DNA of 64,000 nt, taken from Octopus sinensis (taxonomy: Eukaryota). A model generated the notes under the pieces. That model did not search any database. It saw nothing but the letters and a program-made list of their open reading frames with translations, and had not been told where the DNA came from. The DNA lies in the NCBI RefSeq assembly GCF_006345805.1, contig NC_042998.1, positions 173,724,001 to 173,788,000 on the forward strand. The letters are read 5' to 3'. Below, piece by piece: positions 37,495 through 51,306 of the stretch; the first letter of the stretch is position 1; every line of letters starts with the position of its first letter. Position numbers and translations under genes: made by a program.

Positions 37495-37661
37495 CAGAGT
37501 GCGGTGAATGAACTGTCGTCTAAATTACGCAAATATCTTTTTCTGAAAGACGATGCCCACCTGACCCTACTATACTATGTAGACGAGCAAACCAAAAGCA
37601 ACCAATGCGTATGAGAGAAAATAATAATATAAAATGGCGACAATTTACCCATCACACCCTG
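37495..37661. mobile_element. Small Tc1/mariner-type MITE
   Basis: TA|CAGAGTGCGGTGAATGAACTGTCGTC ... GGCGACAATTTACCCATCACACCCTG|TA, imperfect TIRs. Confidence 0.6.
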
Positions 37662-39189
37662 TATATATATATATTTTTTTTTTCGTAACCGACCAGGCTA
37701 TCAGATGTTGCTACACATCGCTGGTCATAATGCGCTTCGCATTGTTTTAGCCTTCAAATGACGTCACCCCGTTGGCTAAGCGAACAGGCCAGTATATATA
37801 TATACACACGCACAATTGCATACACACAAAGAGACAGATTGGCGTGCACGCAAGGATATGTTGATAATAGTTTAGAAGTTTCATCAGACAATTTGAGGAA
37901 CCCAACAACGGGTGAAATTTTGCAGTTCACTCGTCAACATAGGCCTGATTCCCTTCTTGACTACCGGTATTGATATGTTTCAGTCCTCATAACTTACCGG
38001 TTCAGCATAAGACACCGATAGAATAAGTACAAGGCTTTAAAACTATAAGTGCTGAGGTCGATTCGTTCGAGTAAAAGTCTTCAAGGCAGCGACAGTGTGG
38101 CCGAAGTCCAATAACTGAAAAAACATAAAAGATATACCAATGTTCGTGAGACATTCTTGAATGCTTTGATTCTCATTTCAGAATTTTGTGTAGAATATAA
38201 CACATGGTTCCTGGGTAAAACATCAGCTTTTCATTGTGTTAAGCAGAGATGGGGAAGCACCAGACTATATGCGATACAATAGTTATTTTCGCCAATCCCC
38301 ATTCTGCATTCTAGTCACTCGCGGTTTATCATTTCAGACTATATATGGATCTTCCACTGAACCGATTTCAGCAACTCCAACCACACTCTATAAAAACATC
38401 GTCCAAAAAAAAGAAAAAAACATATTTGTGATTGTAATACAATGGTGTTGATTTTCATTTCAAATCTATTACAATCCTTTTAGCATTCTTACAACAGTTG
38501 CAGAACTAAATTCCTTTGCTAAAAGCTATTTTTATTGATACGGAAATGTTGGAAACTAGTCGATAGTGCTAAACTTAGAAAACATTCTGTACAATTAATT
38601 TTATCTTGGTTTCGTGCATCCGAAAATAATGATGTTTGAGCCAGGAAATAATTATAGACAGAGAAGCGTATATCCTGACATAATGTATTATTCGTTTGAT
38701 TAATATTTTGTGTCACTTCATATCACAGCAATCTATCATCAAAAACAGCAAGCTTCATACATCCGCTGACAATGCATTAATTTCAATGGAGACACTACTT
38801 TGCTCAAACAAATCAGATGAATTGCAAATTGAAAGAAAAAACAGGTGCTAAATAGGTGATTCTATAGAACAGTTGGTGGGCATAATTTAAACAATTATTT
38901 ACCAAATTCACTTGCCGAGACTAATATTCGGATAGATTAGATTAATCGTACGACTCTGTAAGGAAGTGTTCATATAAATATCAACATAAAGTTGAGAATA
39001 ACGAAATATTTCAACAAAACTAAATATTTTTATGCACTTTGGTGTCGTACTGTCGTTACCATATAAACTGCGTTAGTAACTGAAATACACAATTTTAAAA
39101 GAAAATAGGTTAAATTTGAGTAAATGTTTTCTAGTTACCACGACACACTTGTCCATAATATATTTTGATAAGCTTTCAAAGCTCTTGGT

Positions 39190-39598
39190 ATACTCTCTCT
39201 CTTTACTCTTTTACTCTTTTACTTCTTTCAGTCATTTGACTGTGGCCATGCTGGGGCACTGCCTTTAGTCGAGCAAATAGACCCCAGGACTTATTCTTTG
39301 TAAGCCTAGTACTTATTCTATTGAACCATTTTGCCGAACCGCTAAGTTACAGGGACGTGAACACACGAACATCTGTTGTTAAGCGTTGTTGGGTGGGGGA
39401 GACAAACACAGATATACAAACATATACACACATATACATATACATATATACATATATACGACGGGCTTCTTTCAGTTTCTGTCTACCAAATCCACTCACA
39501 AGGCTTTGGTCGGCCGAGGCTATAGTAGAAGACACTTGGCCAAGGTGCCAAGTAGTGGGACTGAACCCGGAACCATGTGGTTGGTAAGCAAGCTACTT
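39190..39598 (-). mobile_element. SINE A, 3' part (interrupted; head at 41588-41627)
   Basis: Similarity stops at GTAAGCAAGCTACTT and resumes at 41588. Confidence 0.9.
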
Positions 39599-41587
39599 TA
39601 TTTCATAAAATTTGTCATCTTAGACAGTACAAAGAGTGTGTAGCTTTGCGGGCTGGACAAACACATTAATGAATGAAAATGAAATAGAATGAATAAATGA
39701 GAGACGAAACCCAACACCCGCCGACTGGATTTTTCTCGAAAACATATTTTCTTTTTTGAAAAATCATTATGAGTTTTCAAACCTCTTACAAGAAGGAGGC
39801 ACTAAAACCTCTTACTTAACATGTTTTTCTTTTAAAACACACAATTGAGGTTATAGACCACTACAAATAATACAATAAGATGAGGTTTCAAACCCTATAA
39901 CGAGGGTCTTTCACCTCCTACTCTTCGATATATCCATCATTATTTTCAGTGCCGCTTGAGTTTCTGTATCCCGCCATTCCCATGCCTCACTCATGTAGGA
40001 CATGTAAGTCGTGTAAGGGCCACCCGGCCATATGCAACACTCCTCCCCAAATCCTTTAAGCCTTTCCCACAAGGGAAACCTTATGACCTTCACAGCTATC
40101 TGCGGAGGCCATTCGGGATCCCGTGTGAAGGGCATATCTACTGTCTCCTTCTACTATTTTTTCCACCTCCCCGCCCTTATAGAAAAAGATAATTAATTGC
40201 TCATCTTTAAGGGTGGGGGTGGTTTCTTCCACCGTGGGTGGCACAACTTCGGGACATGCAGACGGCACATCATCTCCCCGCTGAGATGACCCGTTCTTAT
40301 TTCTTCTTTTTTTCTCTTTTCTTCCTGACTTCGGGAGAGTGGAGCTCTTCCGCTTTGTCCGGAGACTCTCCCGCGCCTCCCGAAGCCTTAGGTTCCTTCG
40401 GCGGGCAACTATTGTTTCCCGCCTTCTTCCTTTTTAATCCTTTTTGAGTTGAGAAGGCTGAAGCCTCCTCGACCACATCCACCTCTCCCTTTGACCGTGT
40501 AGGGGAGGTGGCATCTAGTGACTGTTCCAGGACCTTACAATGGTTCTGGGGGCAGTTCCTTTTAATGTGGTCTGGCTGCAGGCACGAGTGGCACTTGAGG
40601 GGACGTCCCTCATGTATCACAGGATACCTGCAGCCAGCTTTTTTCAGGAAATCTGGAATAACCAGATCTTTTGCGGCCGATGGGGTCCACAGGGTCAACA
40701 TCGCTTTTGAACCTTCCCAATCGACCGCCGGCAATACCCTTACATTTAAGAGCCTGGGCCCGCCATCCCCCAGTCCCCGTCGGAGGGTATCTCCAATCCA
40801 ATCCACATATCCAGGCTCGTATTAATTTTCTTCCACAATATGACGGAAGGAACAGAATTTCCTTGCCTTCTAAAGGCTGACTCGCAAACTGGCGAGCCTT
40901 TTCCTCACGGTTGCATGTTTGACGCGGGATATATATTTTAAAGAGGACAAATATTCTTTAAGTTCATTTTTTATGACTTGTTTTGGGAAGACGGTGATGG
41001 AATTAAGAACTATAGAATAAGTTCTAAGTACCATCGTCTTCTCCTCCATATCTTTTAATCACTGCTTAGGCGGGTTAATTTGCCACTCTAAGAGAGAGTT
41101 TTTTCTTTTTAAGTTCCTTCTCTGCCATGTCAAAACCAGTTCAAAAGTAGTTCAAAAGACAGTCTGCCAAAAAATTAAACCGAATAAAAATAAAACAAAA
41201 TAAAAGACAAAACAGAAATTAAAGTAATGAAAAGAATGAAGAAAGAATTTAGAAAGGAAGAAAGAAAAATAGAAGAAGGGAAAAGTAAAAGAAACACCTC
41301 ACAAATAGCACAGACTGGGAATCCTTTGTAAATCAAAAAGGTAATCTAAATGGCTTATTCTTATTTTTCTGGCGAGATACGTCCACTAGAATTTACAATA
41401 AGCATATTTAAGCAAAAATTCTCAATTCACCGTTACGGTGGTGAGAACCCAGTATTTTGCTCGCTATAGCGAGCCACAATTGACAATTTTTCTTTTTGTT
41501 CTTTTTTTTCTATTCACGGAGCCGAAACTCACATCTTCTCACTCTAACAGTCCAGACCAACTAGTGTTGCATTTTGGTTAACCGGAA
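39599..41587 (-). mobile_element. ORF1-only L1/Tx1-like retroelement, copy 2, inserted in SINE A
   Basis: 15-bp TSD GTAAGCAAGCTACTT (39584-39598) / GTAAGCAAACTACTT (41588-41602). Disrupted ORF 41128-39911 has a CCHC knuckle CHSCLQPDHIKRNC (40552-40593); ~310-bp 3' UTR ending ATGAAATA; no RT. Confidence 0.85.
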
Positions 41588-41627
41588 GTAAGCAAACTAC
41601 TTACCACACAGCCACACCTACACCTAT
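41588..41627 (-). mobile_element. SINE A head displaced by the insertion
   Basis: Plus strand reads GTAAGCAAACTACTTACCACACAGCCACACCTACACCTATA. Confidence 0.85.
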
Positions 41628-41869
41628 AACTATTTTCACAAAGTTAGACTTCCGCAGAATTCAATAAGACATGAATCACTTTCACAGATATAATCATTAT
41701 AAACTTTCAACAAAGCAATAGTAGTACACAAGATTAAAGGAAATTTCAATATAAAAATACTACACTTAAAACACAATACCAACCGCTTCTATTTTCCCCG
41801 TGCACAATCATCCACCATTGCTATCATTATCCCACAAACCCATTCATTGATAATGTTGAATGTACAAGG

Positions 41870-44782
41870 TCTCTAACATTTCACGAATCGAACAAAAGTA
41901 TCATATCTCAGAAACCTTGCACGCGAAGAAAAGACAATTTGTGTAGCTCTGAGTGAAACGCACCTGATCCTACACATATTGGATGCGGAAGTACATATGC
42001 CAGAATTGACTGCAAAATGCAGAAGCAATGAGGTGTAGCACTCTTCATCAGTGAAGATCAAGCAACAAATGTCCCTCTCTCCTACTCCAGTACAATGTGC
42101 GATACACTAAGATACACTAAAATATGCAATTGACCTCAATTTGTTTGTAGTCATTAAGTACCGTCTTCCTAATGCGGCGAAATCCGGGGATGACTTCAGA
42201 GATGCTTTCTCGCTTATAATTCAAACTCTAAGTGAGAGTAGCAGACTAGTCAATATACTGTTAACACAATACTTTAATTTCCTTAATTCAGCTGGCCCGA
42301 CGGCTACATCCTACCTGGAACTAAACTACTAAAAAAGATATATATGAACGCTTTTCTCGATACCACTTTTTCATACAATAAATCATTACTTCTCCAACGA
42401 GGGGAAATAACATACTTTACCTAGTCTTTACTTCTAATACAGACTCTAATACAGGTCGTTCCAACAGCTCCCGCTAACCACAACTTTACACAATTACCTA
42501 TATATGGTTCAAAGAGAGCAACATACACAAATAATATCAAAAATGGTCCATCCCTAATATACGTGAATTTCACGAAGACCAAATGGAAAGAACTCGAAAC
42601 TGAAATCCACGAAACAAACTGGTCAGCAAATTGACAAACTCATTGTGACCGAGGGAATGGCGTTTCTGTACGAAGAGTTAATCAAGATCTGTTGAAAGCA
42701 TACCCATATAAATATGCCAATCCCCGTAAGAACTTGATTCCACAAGATAGACGGATACTGATACATAACGGAACCAAACTAAGAAAGCAACGGAAAGACC
42801 AAACTTACTCAACAGATGAGATTGAGAGAAAAAAGAAATGTAAAATTATTGAACTGCACCTATGATATATTATGAAATAAAAAAACTTCGCTGAAGACAA
42901 ACCGAACAGTGAGGAATGTAAAGTCTAATCCCAAGTTCTTTTCCCACTTTGCTAAACAAAACTCATCTACATACAACCATATTTGCCCTCTAATAGACCA
43001 AAGCGGAGAATCATGCACACTTTTGAACCGACAATTTAATAGTGCATTTTCTCAACCTATAATTTATAAAATAGTTTATAACTCAAACGAATTATTTTAT
43101 CCACAGAATTCAACTGAAGTAATATGTCTAGAAATTAATGACATTATGGAAGCTGCAGCTATTAATAACCTAGATTCAAACTCAACATCGGTACCAGATA
43201 GTCTCCCTATTGTTAAAAACGTGCAAAAGTAACCGAGCAGCCTAACCAAACTTTTACAGATGCTATTTCAAAAGTCGCAAGATACTAGCATATTCCCAGA
43301 ACCACCCAAAAACGGAATAGTAACAGCTATACACGAAGGAGGTCGCAGAGTTAAAAAAAATTACAAGCCTATTTTTGTCACATCTCACATCTAAAATTGT
43401 CGAACGCATTGTCCGATAAAGAATAATTACTTAACTTGACGAAAACAACTTCTTAGATAAAGAACAACGTGGTTTTCAGACTGGACGAAGTTGCCTATCA
43501 CAACTATTACGGTACCATAACACTATCCTCAATATTCTCTTGAGAGGAATGAACACTGACTGTAAATACCTTGCTTTTGCTAAAGCATCCGACAAAATTG
43601 ATCTTGGAATTATTTGTCTTAGGGATCCTAGTATCAGAAAAGAACTGGAAAAATGGTTCTTTGACTTCCTACGACGTTTCAAACGGTTTCACCTCTGCAA
43701 AATCACATGTAATAAGTGGTATACCTCAGGGCACGGTTCTAGGACCATTATTATTTATCCTCACCGGTCTAGGTATGAACTCACACTTGTACTTGGAAAA
43801 TGTAACCAGTTACGCTGATGACACTAAAGAATCGATAGCTTTCCAAAATCCCAAAGACGCCCTCACACTCTAAAATGAGCTAAACCTCATTTATCAAAAG
43901 GCAGATAAAAACAATATAAAATTTAATACATCAAGATTTCAGGTTCCCCATTGAAGAAGGGAATACACGTAAATCACATTATTTGACACCAGACAACACA
44001 TGACTGAGAGCGCTGACATACGGGATTTAGAATTAAACATGCCAAATGTTGCATCTGTCATCAGTCGCATCACCAATCTTACCTTCAAATGCAGGGATTT
44101 CATAGGATTGATGCTACGAACCTACGTGACAAGAAAACCGGTAGTTACGCCGACTCTATGAAAAGTTTAGTCCTGAGCAGGTTAGATTACAGCTCACAGC
44201 TTTGATCTCGAACCTCATCCGGCCTCATAATAGCAAGCGAAGGGTTACAAACAACGTTCACAGTAAACTAAATTCGGTTAAAATCCTTAATTACTGGGAC
44301 CACCTGAAAGCTCTGTATCTCTATTCTTTCCTGAATGCCGAAGAGAGATATATACTATCATATACACTTGGAAAATCCTGGAGGGGCATGTTCGAACTTC
44401 GGCATTATAGAAGATTTTAATGCATGAACTGGTAATTAATGTCAGCTTCCAAATATGTGACCTTCAATATCACGATCAAAAACACTGTATTGTGACAGTC
44501 TGATATTTAGAGATCTTCAATTGTTCAACTACTTACCTAAAGAAATCGAAAATATAAAACAGACTTCTACTGAAACATTAAAAAAAACACATTAATTGGA
44601 TAGACTAATACCGGCCCAGCGAATATTCAAGGATACTCTCGTGAGAGATCACTTGCTACAAATTCAATCATAGACTAACGTCTAGTCATAAAGCGACAAC
44701 AAAACTGAATGAAACTAAACTAAGGCGATACTCCAGCATGGCTGCAGTCCTACGACTGAAATCACTGAAAGAGTAAAAAGAA
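41870..44782 (+). mobile_element. Decayed CR1-group (CR1/L2/Crack-like) LINE: EN and RT remnants plus 3' tail
   Basis: ALSETH (EN), FQTGRSCLSQLL, FAKASDKID, SGIPQGTVLGPLLF, SYADDT; tail GGCGATACTCCAGCATGGCTGCAGTCCTACGACTGAAA. Confidence 0.85.
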
Positions 44783-45303
44783 TTACAATTAAGAGAAATG
44801 TTAAATGAATGACGACAACACTAGGTACAACACAAATGAAACTCAATTTCCGGAAATTAGATAAAAGAATAACATGGAAAATACAGTAAATGCCAAATAC
44901 TAGTAAATATTTGTAATTAACATTTATATAAATCAAGCAATAGATATACAAATACATACATATATATATATATATATATAGTAACTAAATGCATCAAAAG
45001 TTATAGGAATTTGAAACAATTTCATTCTACTCTAATTGTGATAACGCTTGCTGAGCATATACTCCTCAAAATCACTTGTACAAAATCTCCAAAATAGAAC
45101 AAAAACTGTACGGCTTAAGCTATGAGTGAATTTTATTGGTACCTGAGTCCTTCAGCCAATCATTACTCAAACTTAATGGCTCCATAAACAATACTCCCTC
45201 CAGACATCTGAACAAATCAATCGAATGACTAACCCAGGATATAGACGAAACCCTTCCATCACAATATATTCTTCTGAATCACTACCTCTTTTTTTTACTT
45301 CAG

Positions 45304-45605
45304 ATTTTGTCTAAAATGACTGTTATAACACAAGGTATATTCTATCCGAGTCAAGTCTGTTCTCTAGTTTGTACTATAAGGTGAAGCCATTCAATTTAAC
45401 TATACCACTAACAATGTTGAAAAAGAACACGTTAGTCACGATACATCCAATAAAATTTCCTATACTTAATCGGATACTAAATAATGGACTAAATAATAAA
45501 TGACGCACTAAATATTGCATAGCTATACTTTATGCATAACATGATTTAATTGATTGCTGCGGGTGGTAAAGTATTGTTTCCATAGGTATTGGAGAATTTA
45601 TGGAT
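45304..45605 (+). CDS. Candidate micro-exon pair 45304-45334 and 45586-45605 (spliced: ILSKMTVITQGIGEFMD)
   Basis: ttttttttacttcag / CAAG|gtatat and gtttccatag / GAT|gtatga; the phases join in frame. Confidence 0.25.
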
Positions 45606-46500
45606 GTATGACTAAGTATAAAATATCTCTGCTTATTCACCAATGCATCAATGAACAAACTATGATCGAGATTACTTGTTCGGAATAAATATGTAACATT
45701 GCTCACAGGGAAAGCCAATCTTGAACAATGAAAACGTATAGAATAATAGATTGCCAATAATCAAGTAATGATTAGATTAACATGACACGAAAATAGCTTT
45801 AGTGTTTAATGGCGAAAAGATTGAGTTTTTGCAATATCTTTCACACACACATGCGCATGACTCCCACTCTAGTTTTTATCTGGCTGTAAATTTGTAACAC
45901 AAGGCTGAATAACAGTTCAACACAAAGTTAAAGAGATATCTTTGAGGAAATGCGGTTAACTGAAAAAATACGCCAAAAACGTTCACAAAGGCAATTAGAT
46001 ATATAACAGATGTTATTTGCAATATTATCATCTAATATGTACCAAAGAATAGACGTTCGTCAGAGGTCGATATATGCTGAGGTAAATTGTAAAATCGACT
46101 GAATCAGCTGTTACTTTATCACTTGGTTAACCACAAAGACATAAAAGTCAATCTTCATCCTATACGATCCACAATCTATAATTTTGTCGCTCGTGTTATT
46201 TAACCCCGTTCAAGCATGACAGTGTAGATCTATCAACAAAAGCGTCCCAAACGTCTAGTTTTCAGTCCTTGATTATCTAAGATTATATTGTCCAATGTCT
46301 CTTTGTTTTGACGGGGAGGATTTAAGCTGGCGTGTCCTAACTTGAGATGGATCAGATTGATATTTTATCATACTGAGCCACCATGTAGAGGTCCGTTGTT
46401 GCCTCGAATATCATTTTTTATTACTTCTCGTTTTGGCTTAAAGAAGTAGAACTACACTTAACATTTGCAGTCGTACATTTATTTATTCACACACGAACCA

Positions 46501-46580
<80 letters not shown>

Positions 46581-46619
46581 TGATGCAAATAAACACGTTT
46601 GGGCTTTATATATATATAT

Positions 46620-47020
46620 TTGTACGATGTGGAGAATATACCGCCAACTTTGCCCAAACGACCTGAACATTAGTTTCAAGGTTCATTCAAGACTGGGACC
46701 ACGGGCCATACGTCCCCTGTCCAATTCAAGATCACTGCATACATGTACACTACAACATAATTTCTTTTCCTCAGAAGGCCCTACCCTATTTAACATTGTC
46801 CCGAAAGAGATCAATGAGGAACAGGATCCCATCAACTTTAAACGGAGTCTGGATAGATTCCTTCAATTGGATACAACTTACCCAACAAAAACTCACTACT
46901 TGAATGGACCATAAACAAAACTTGACTTAAACAGGATTCAAATAATCCTATCAGGTGGTGCTATTAAGTTAGACATGGCCTGGACCAATCATTGGTCGAA
47001 ACATATCTAAGTTTATCTAA
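46620..47020 (+). mobile_element. CR1-group LINE 3' fragment
   Basis: FSSEGPTLFNIVPKEI...FKRSLDRFL; tail GGTGGTGC...CATGGCCTGGACCAATCATTGGTCGAAAC plus a short tandem repeat. Confidence 0.75.
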
Positions 47021-47021
47021 G

Positions 47022-47054
<33 letters not shown>

Positions 47055-47139
47055 CTATAGGCTACAGTAAATCTCTGAGCGAGATATAAACAGTAGCAAT
47101 ACGGAACCGTAACATATAACTGTGTGGCGCCCTATACAC

Positions 47140-47345
47140 GACAGTGCTGCTGACGTTTATAGCCCCAGGAAGACATCTCCTCCAGCTGGCTACAACAGAC
47201 ATTCTGTGTCCAAATAGTATTTGCGAGAGGAAGTTATCGCTTCCATCTCTAGCCTTACGTGATACACACGGACTCGAGTTTCTGGGTGGTTACCTGTCCT
47301 CATCGTGTGTTAATGAGAAGCTTGTGATGAAAACTCATTCCACTC
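47140..47345 (+). mobile_element. Single arm of the 1760/8530 fold-back family
   Basis: AGCCCCAGGAAGACATCTCCTCCAGCTGGCTA...GTGATACACACGGACTCGAGTTTCT. Confidence 0.7.
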
Positions 47346-48826
47346 GCAAAATACTATACACATATATATTATATATTATATATTATATATTATATATTAT
47401 ATATAGTGATAAATAGAGACAGAAACATAACTGCAAATATTCAAATGAATATTCGTGTATAAGTATATTAATATTTATATATTTACAGAACAAATTTACA
47501 TAGAATAGAAAATATACAGATATCTAAGGGGAGAGGCGTTGTATTTCTGATACCTAGCAGTTCAGATCATAACGCCATAGAATTCAAGTGTAAAACAGGT
47601 GAACAAGAAATCAACTAGATAATGGTGGAATGAGTACGTAGGCATTTTAGGGGTATGGAAGGGGTGTGTTGAAACAGAGGAAGGACAAGAGATAGGAGAA
47701 GCAGCAGGGGAAAGGAGAGGGTGAGTGACCAAGGGCTTCAGAGAAGTAGAATTAGAAGTGGTAAGTCGAGAGATGAGTGGGAAGGGTTGGATAGGTAGTG
47801 TTGTGAAGGGTGGTGTCGTTGTTTGATGTGATGGGTGTGTTATCAATCAGAGATGGTGGAGGCAATAGAACTGAGAAAGGGAAGTTGGTACGATTACAGA
47901 AAAGGAGAGGGGGCTGAAATGAAGGGTAGGGACCTAGTTATAGATGCCGGCAGGGAGTCGATAGGGAAATCTCGAAAGATTACGGTGGGTTGGTGATAGA
48001 TTAAGAATACTGATGTAAGGAGAAATATATGAGTTAATAGAAAGGGGTGAGTTGAGAGCGAGAGAAAGAGAGGAATAAGTTGGGAACAATGGCAAGAGAT
48101 AGGTATTGCTAAATGGTTCTGGTTAATTATGAAGCTAGGAGTTGGCGAGGAAGGAATTCGAAGGATGAGGGTGTGTTAGGTAGGAGAAATGTGCGAAGAG
48201 AACTGATAAAAGTAGATAGACAGGCAGATAGATAAATAGATATATACATACAAACATGCATATATTTGTATATATATACATATATACATATATATATAGA
48301 GAGAGAAAGGGAGCTATAAGTAGAGGAGAACTGTTTTAGCACGTCTAAGTTGTAATTCAAGGCCGTATCGTAATTAGGGGAATAATATAGACATTACGTA
48401 ACGGAAAAACGAAGAATAAAATATGTGCTTACATGAAAGAATTACATGGCAGAGGATAGTGAGTGTTTCCCCGGAGCATAATTTACAAACTCTGAGTTTA
48501 GTATGTTTGTATTGGACGTGGAAGCCTTGCAGATAATATATGTGTGCGTGTGTGGTGAGTGTTCGCAATAAGAGTGGGAGGACGACAGAATCTATAAAGT
48601 TACGCATTGTTTGGAATAAAAAAAACAATTTAATATTGATAATTATACTTTTGTCTCAGAAAAAGGAAACGACAATGATACTGTAAGACATGGCATGGCT
48701 CCTTTTTTTTAAAGAAAAGGTGGTAGTGTTGATCTATCATAGTTTTGCTGCATCACTAAACAACTGCGCAAATAGTAATGACTGTAGAAACAATTATTAT
48801 GAAGTAGAGGCGTGTTTATTTAGCAG

Positions 48827-49138
48827 ATGCGTATAATATTCATATGCTTTTTGAAATTACATGGCATTATCATAGATTTATCTCAAACAGTGAGCAAAAT
48901 AGAATTCCAGACAGTGTACAAGTGTGCATACGGTGAAACAGCAGGTATGAAATTGATTGATATCATTAGAATTCATGTGGGATTTAGTAAGCATTTAACA
49001 ACAATCGTTAATTCATTAAAAGAAGGAGAAATAGAAAATTTACAGATGGAAATAAATATTAATTGTTTTGTGTGGAATTCTTCATTAGACAGTGAGAGGA
49101 TATTATTTAAAGCTAGGAAATTTGAGAAAGAGAAGTAA
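48827..49138 (+). CDS. 103-codon non-repetitive ORF, candidate host exon
   Basis: tttatttagcag acceptor immediately upstream and possible donors at 48945 and 49135. Normal amino-acid composition, but no recognised domain. Confidence 0.25.
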   Translation: MRIIFICFLKLHGIIIDLSQTVSKIEFQTVYKCAYGETAGMKLIDIIRIHVGFSKHLTTIVNSLKEGEIENLQMEININCFVWNSSLDSERILFKARKFEKEK

Positions 49139-49599
49139 CTAGTAAAACCTTGTGGGGTAGTTGGACGAGTTAGATCGAGAAGAAATGTCCGGTAAGGAAT
49201 ATAAAGACAAAAAAGTCAAATAAATTCTGAAAAAAGAAATCTCTTAAGTGCCAATCTTTTGTAATATTTATGGATAGACCATATTTTTTTGCCCATAAAC
49301 ATTCGCAATATTTATTTGATCTCCGCTTCTTTATTATTATTATTAGTTCATGTGTCAAGAGTTCTTTTTCCACACATTCTGTGACATCTTCAATTACTTT
49401 CTGTACCTGTTTCCTCTTAACTCTCGTCTTGTCATGTCTATTCCATTTTGTCTTCCTGTGATATGTATCCCTATCTGTGCATGTGATTACCTCTGTATCT
49501 GTGTGCATCTGTGTGTTTAGTATGTGCATGTGTGTCTTATGTGTGTGCATAAGAGTTTCTTTATAACACTGTTTGTACTGGTGTCTTTTATTTTTTTAT

Positions 49600-49810
49600 T
49601 GTCTTTAGTTATCGAGTTGCGTACTGTAGTGGAATGGGGGGTATATTATTATTTCATTCATGTTTTCTATTGAGGTTCGGTCTCTTGACTACTAAGTGTG
49701 TGGGCCTCTGTAAACTGTCTGAGTGTTGTGTCGATAATATTTTAATATCTATGTCATTAATAGAGCATCCATGCTCTAATTCAGCATATTGTATACCACT
49801 GACGATCTTT
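49600..49810 (-). mobile_element. Penelope-like GIY-YIG endonuclease C-terminal remnant
   Basis: EHGCSINDIDIKILSTQH...FTEA...KRPNLNRKHE in shifted frames. Confidence 0.4.
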
Positions 49811-50738
49811 TCTCCTCCATGAGATGCCGCCAGTGTTTACTTATCACCTCACCTATGCTCGGGGTTGCCTATCAATATTCGTCGTCGTCCTGTTTCTGCA
49901 CCGTCTCTCTGTACACCTTATATTATTAATTGCATTCCTAGTTTTGCATTGCCAATCACTTTCGAATATAAATAAATGAAAAAATACAGGGGGAAAGAGA
50001 GAGAGGGACAAAGACAGATACAGACAGGCAGACTGATAGACAAACAGACAGACGAACAGACATGCAGTCAGGTAAACATTTTTAAAAAGAAATTTAAAAA
50101 ATGAACAAACGCTTGCTAAAGGAAAGTAAAGCAAAAGATAAATATTTTAATGAAAGTATATTACAGGAAAAGTAATAAATTATTACGCCTGTCATTTGAA
50201 GAAGCAAACGAAAAAGACAAAGAGGCAAGTTGTTTAGTTGTTTACTTATATCTGTGTATTTTTGCTATCTTATTGGCAATTAAATCAATCAGGAAACTCT
50301 TTAAATGTTTCTATGAAGTTATCTACATAAAAATCAACTAATCTATTTACTGTGTAGCGCATTAAAAATCTTTAAAAAAAGGTCAACGATTAATAATGTT
50401 AGTTCATGAGTATTATATTTTCATCCGAAAATGATGGGAGATAAATATATATACGATTCGCTTTCATTTAAGTTATTGCCCTGCTGCGTAACGTCACTGA
50501 ATATTGCTAATAAGCAAGTAGATTGCTAAGTTCCCGCACCATTCATCCAACAAAAGAAATTCCATCACTTCAAGGACCATAGCAAGAAGGTAAGCGATGA
50601 ATGTGCATTGCAGTATCAACGCCATCACTGAATACAAAAATATGTTTCTTTTTTAATGTTGAGTCTTTATGAGTTCTTCACAGAAGCCCCCGGTTCAAAT
50701 GCTCATGCAGCTGTGATATGACACTTGAAGCTTGCTTA

Positions 50739-50954
50739 CGAGGGGGTGCTGAAAAGTTCCTGGCTTTTGGTAACAGAAAATAGAGGAGAATCAGTTAATG
50801 ATTTTATTCAACATATTCCTCTCTCAGATTCACACGCTTATTGCAGCAGTCCTTCAGATTTCCTAAGCCCTGTAAAAGAACATGGAAGGCTAGGCCTCCA
50901 GCCAGGCCTTTCGCGACACCCTTAAAGCCAGGAACTTTTTTCAGCACCCTTTCG
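50739..50954. mobile_element. Mariner-derived MITE
   Basis: TA|CGAGGGGGTGCTGAAAAGTTCCTGGCTTT ... AAAGCCAGGAACTTTTTTCAGCACCCTTTCG|TA. Confidence 0.9.
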
Positions 50955-51081
50955 TATATACACTAAGTTTAGCTTTGCTAGGTTCCAGATGAAAACAATG
51001 TAGCGTGAAATGTAAGTTCCGCGTATGTGCTTATTTTAAAGTGTAAGATAAAAGACGAGTGTTGCAATGAAAAATATTTTC

Positions 51082-51306
51082 CACGTGAAGAACTATGCGT
51101 TAAAATGGAATAAAAAATTATGTTAAATTATTTTTAAAATCGTAGACTCATCGTAGACGCGCGCTAATAGCCAGACGGGCTCGATATGAATCACGACTAT
51201 AAGATACCCGAATTTGGTTTAAACTGCACCGCAAAATATAGGAGGAGTTAGGAATCTAAATCGTAGGAGACAGACACTCACACAACTACAGTTTTATATA
51301 TATAGA
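51082..51306 (-). mobile_element. Non-autonomous Helitron, 5' part
   Basis: Highly similar to 62140-62365; A|TC 5' end at 51306. Confidence 0.8.
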
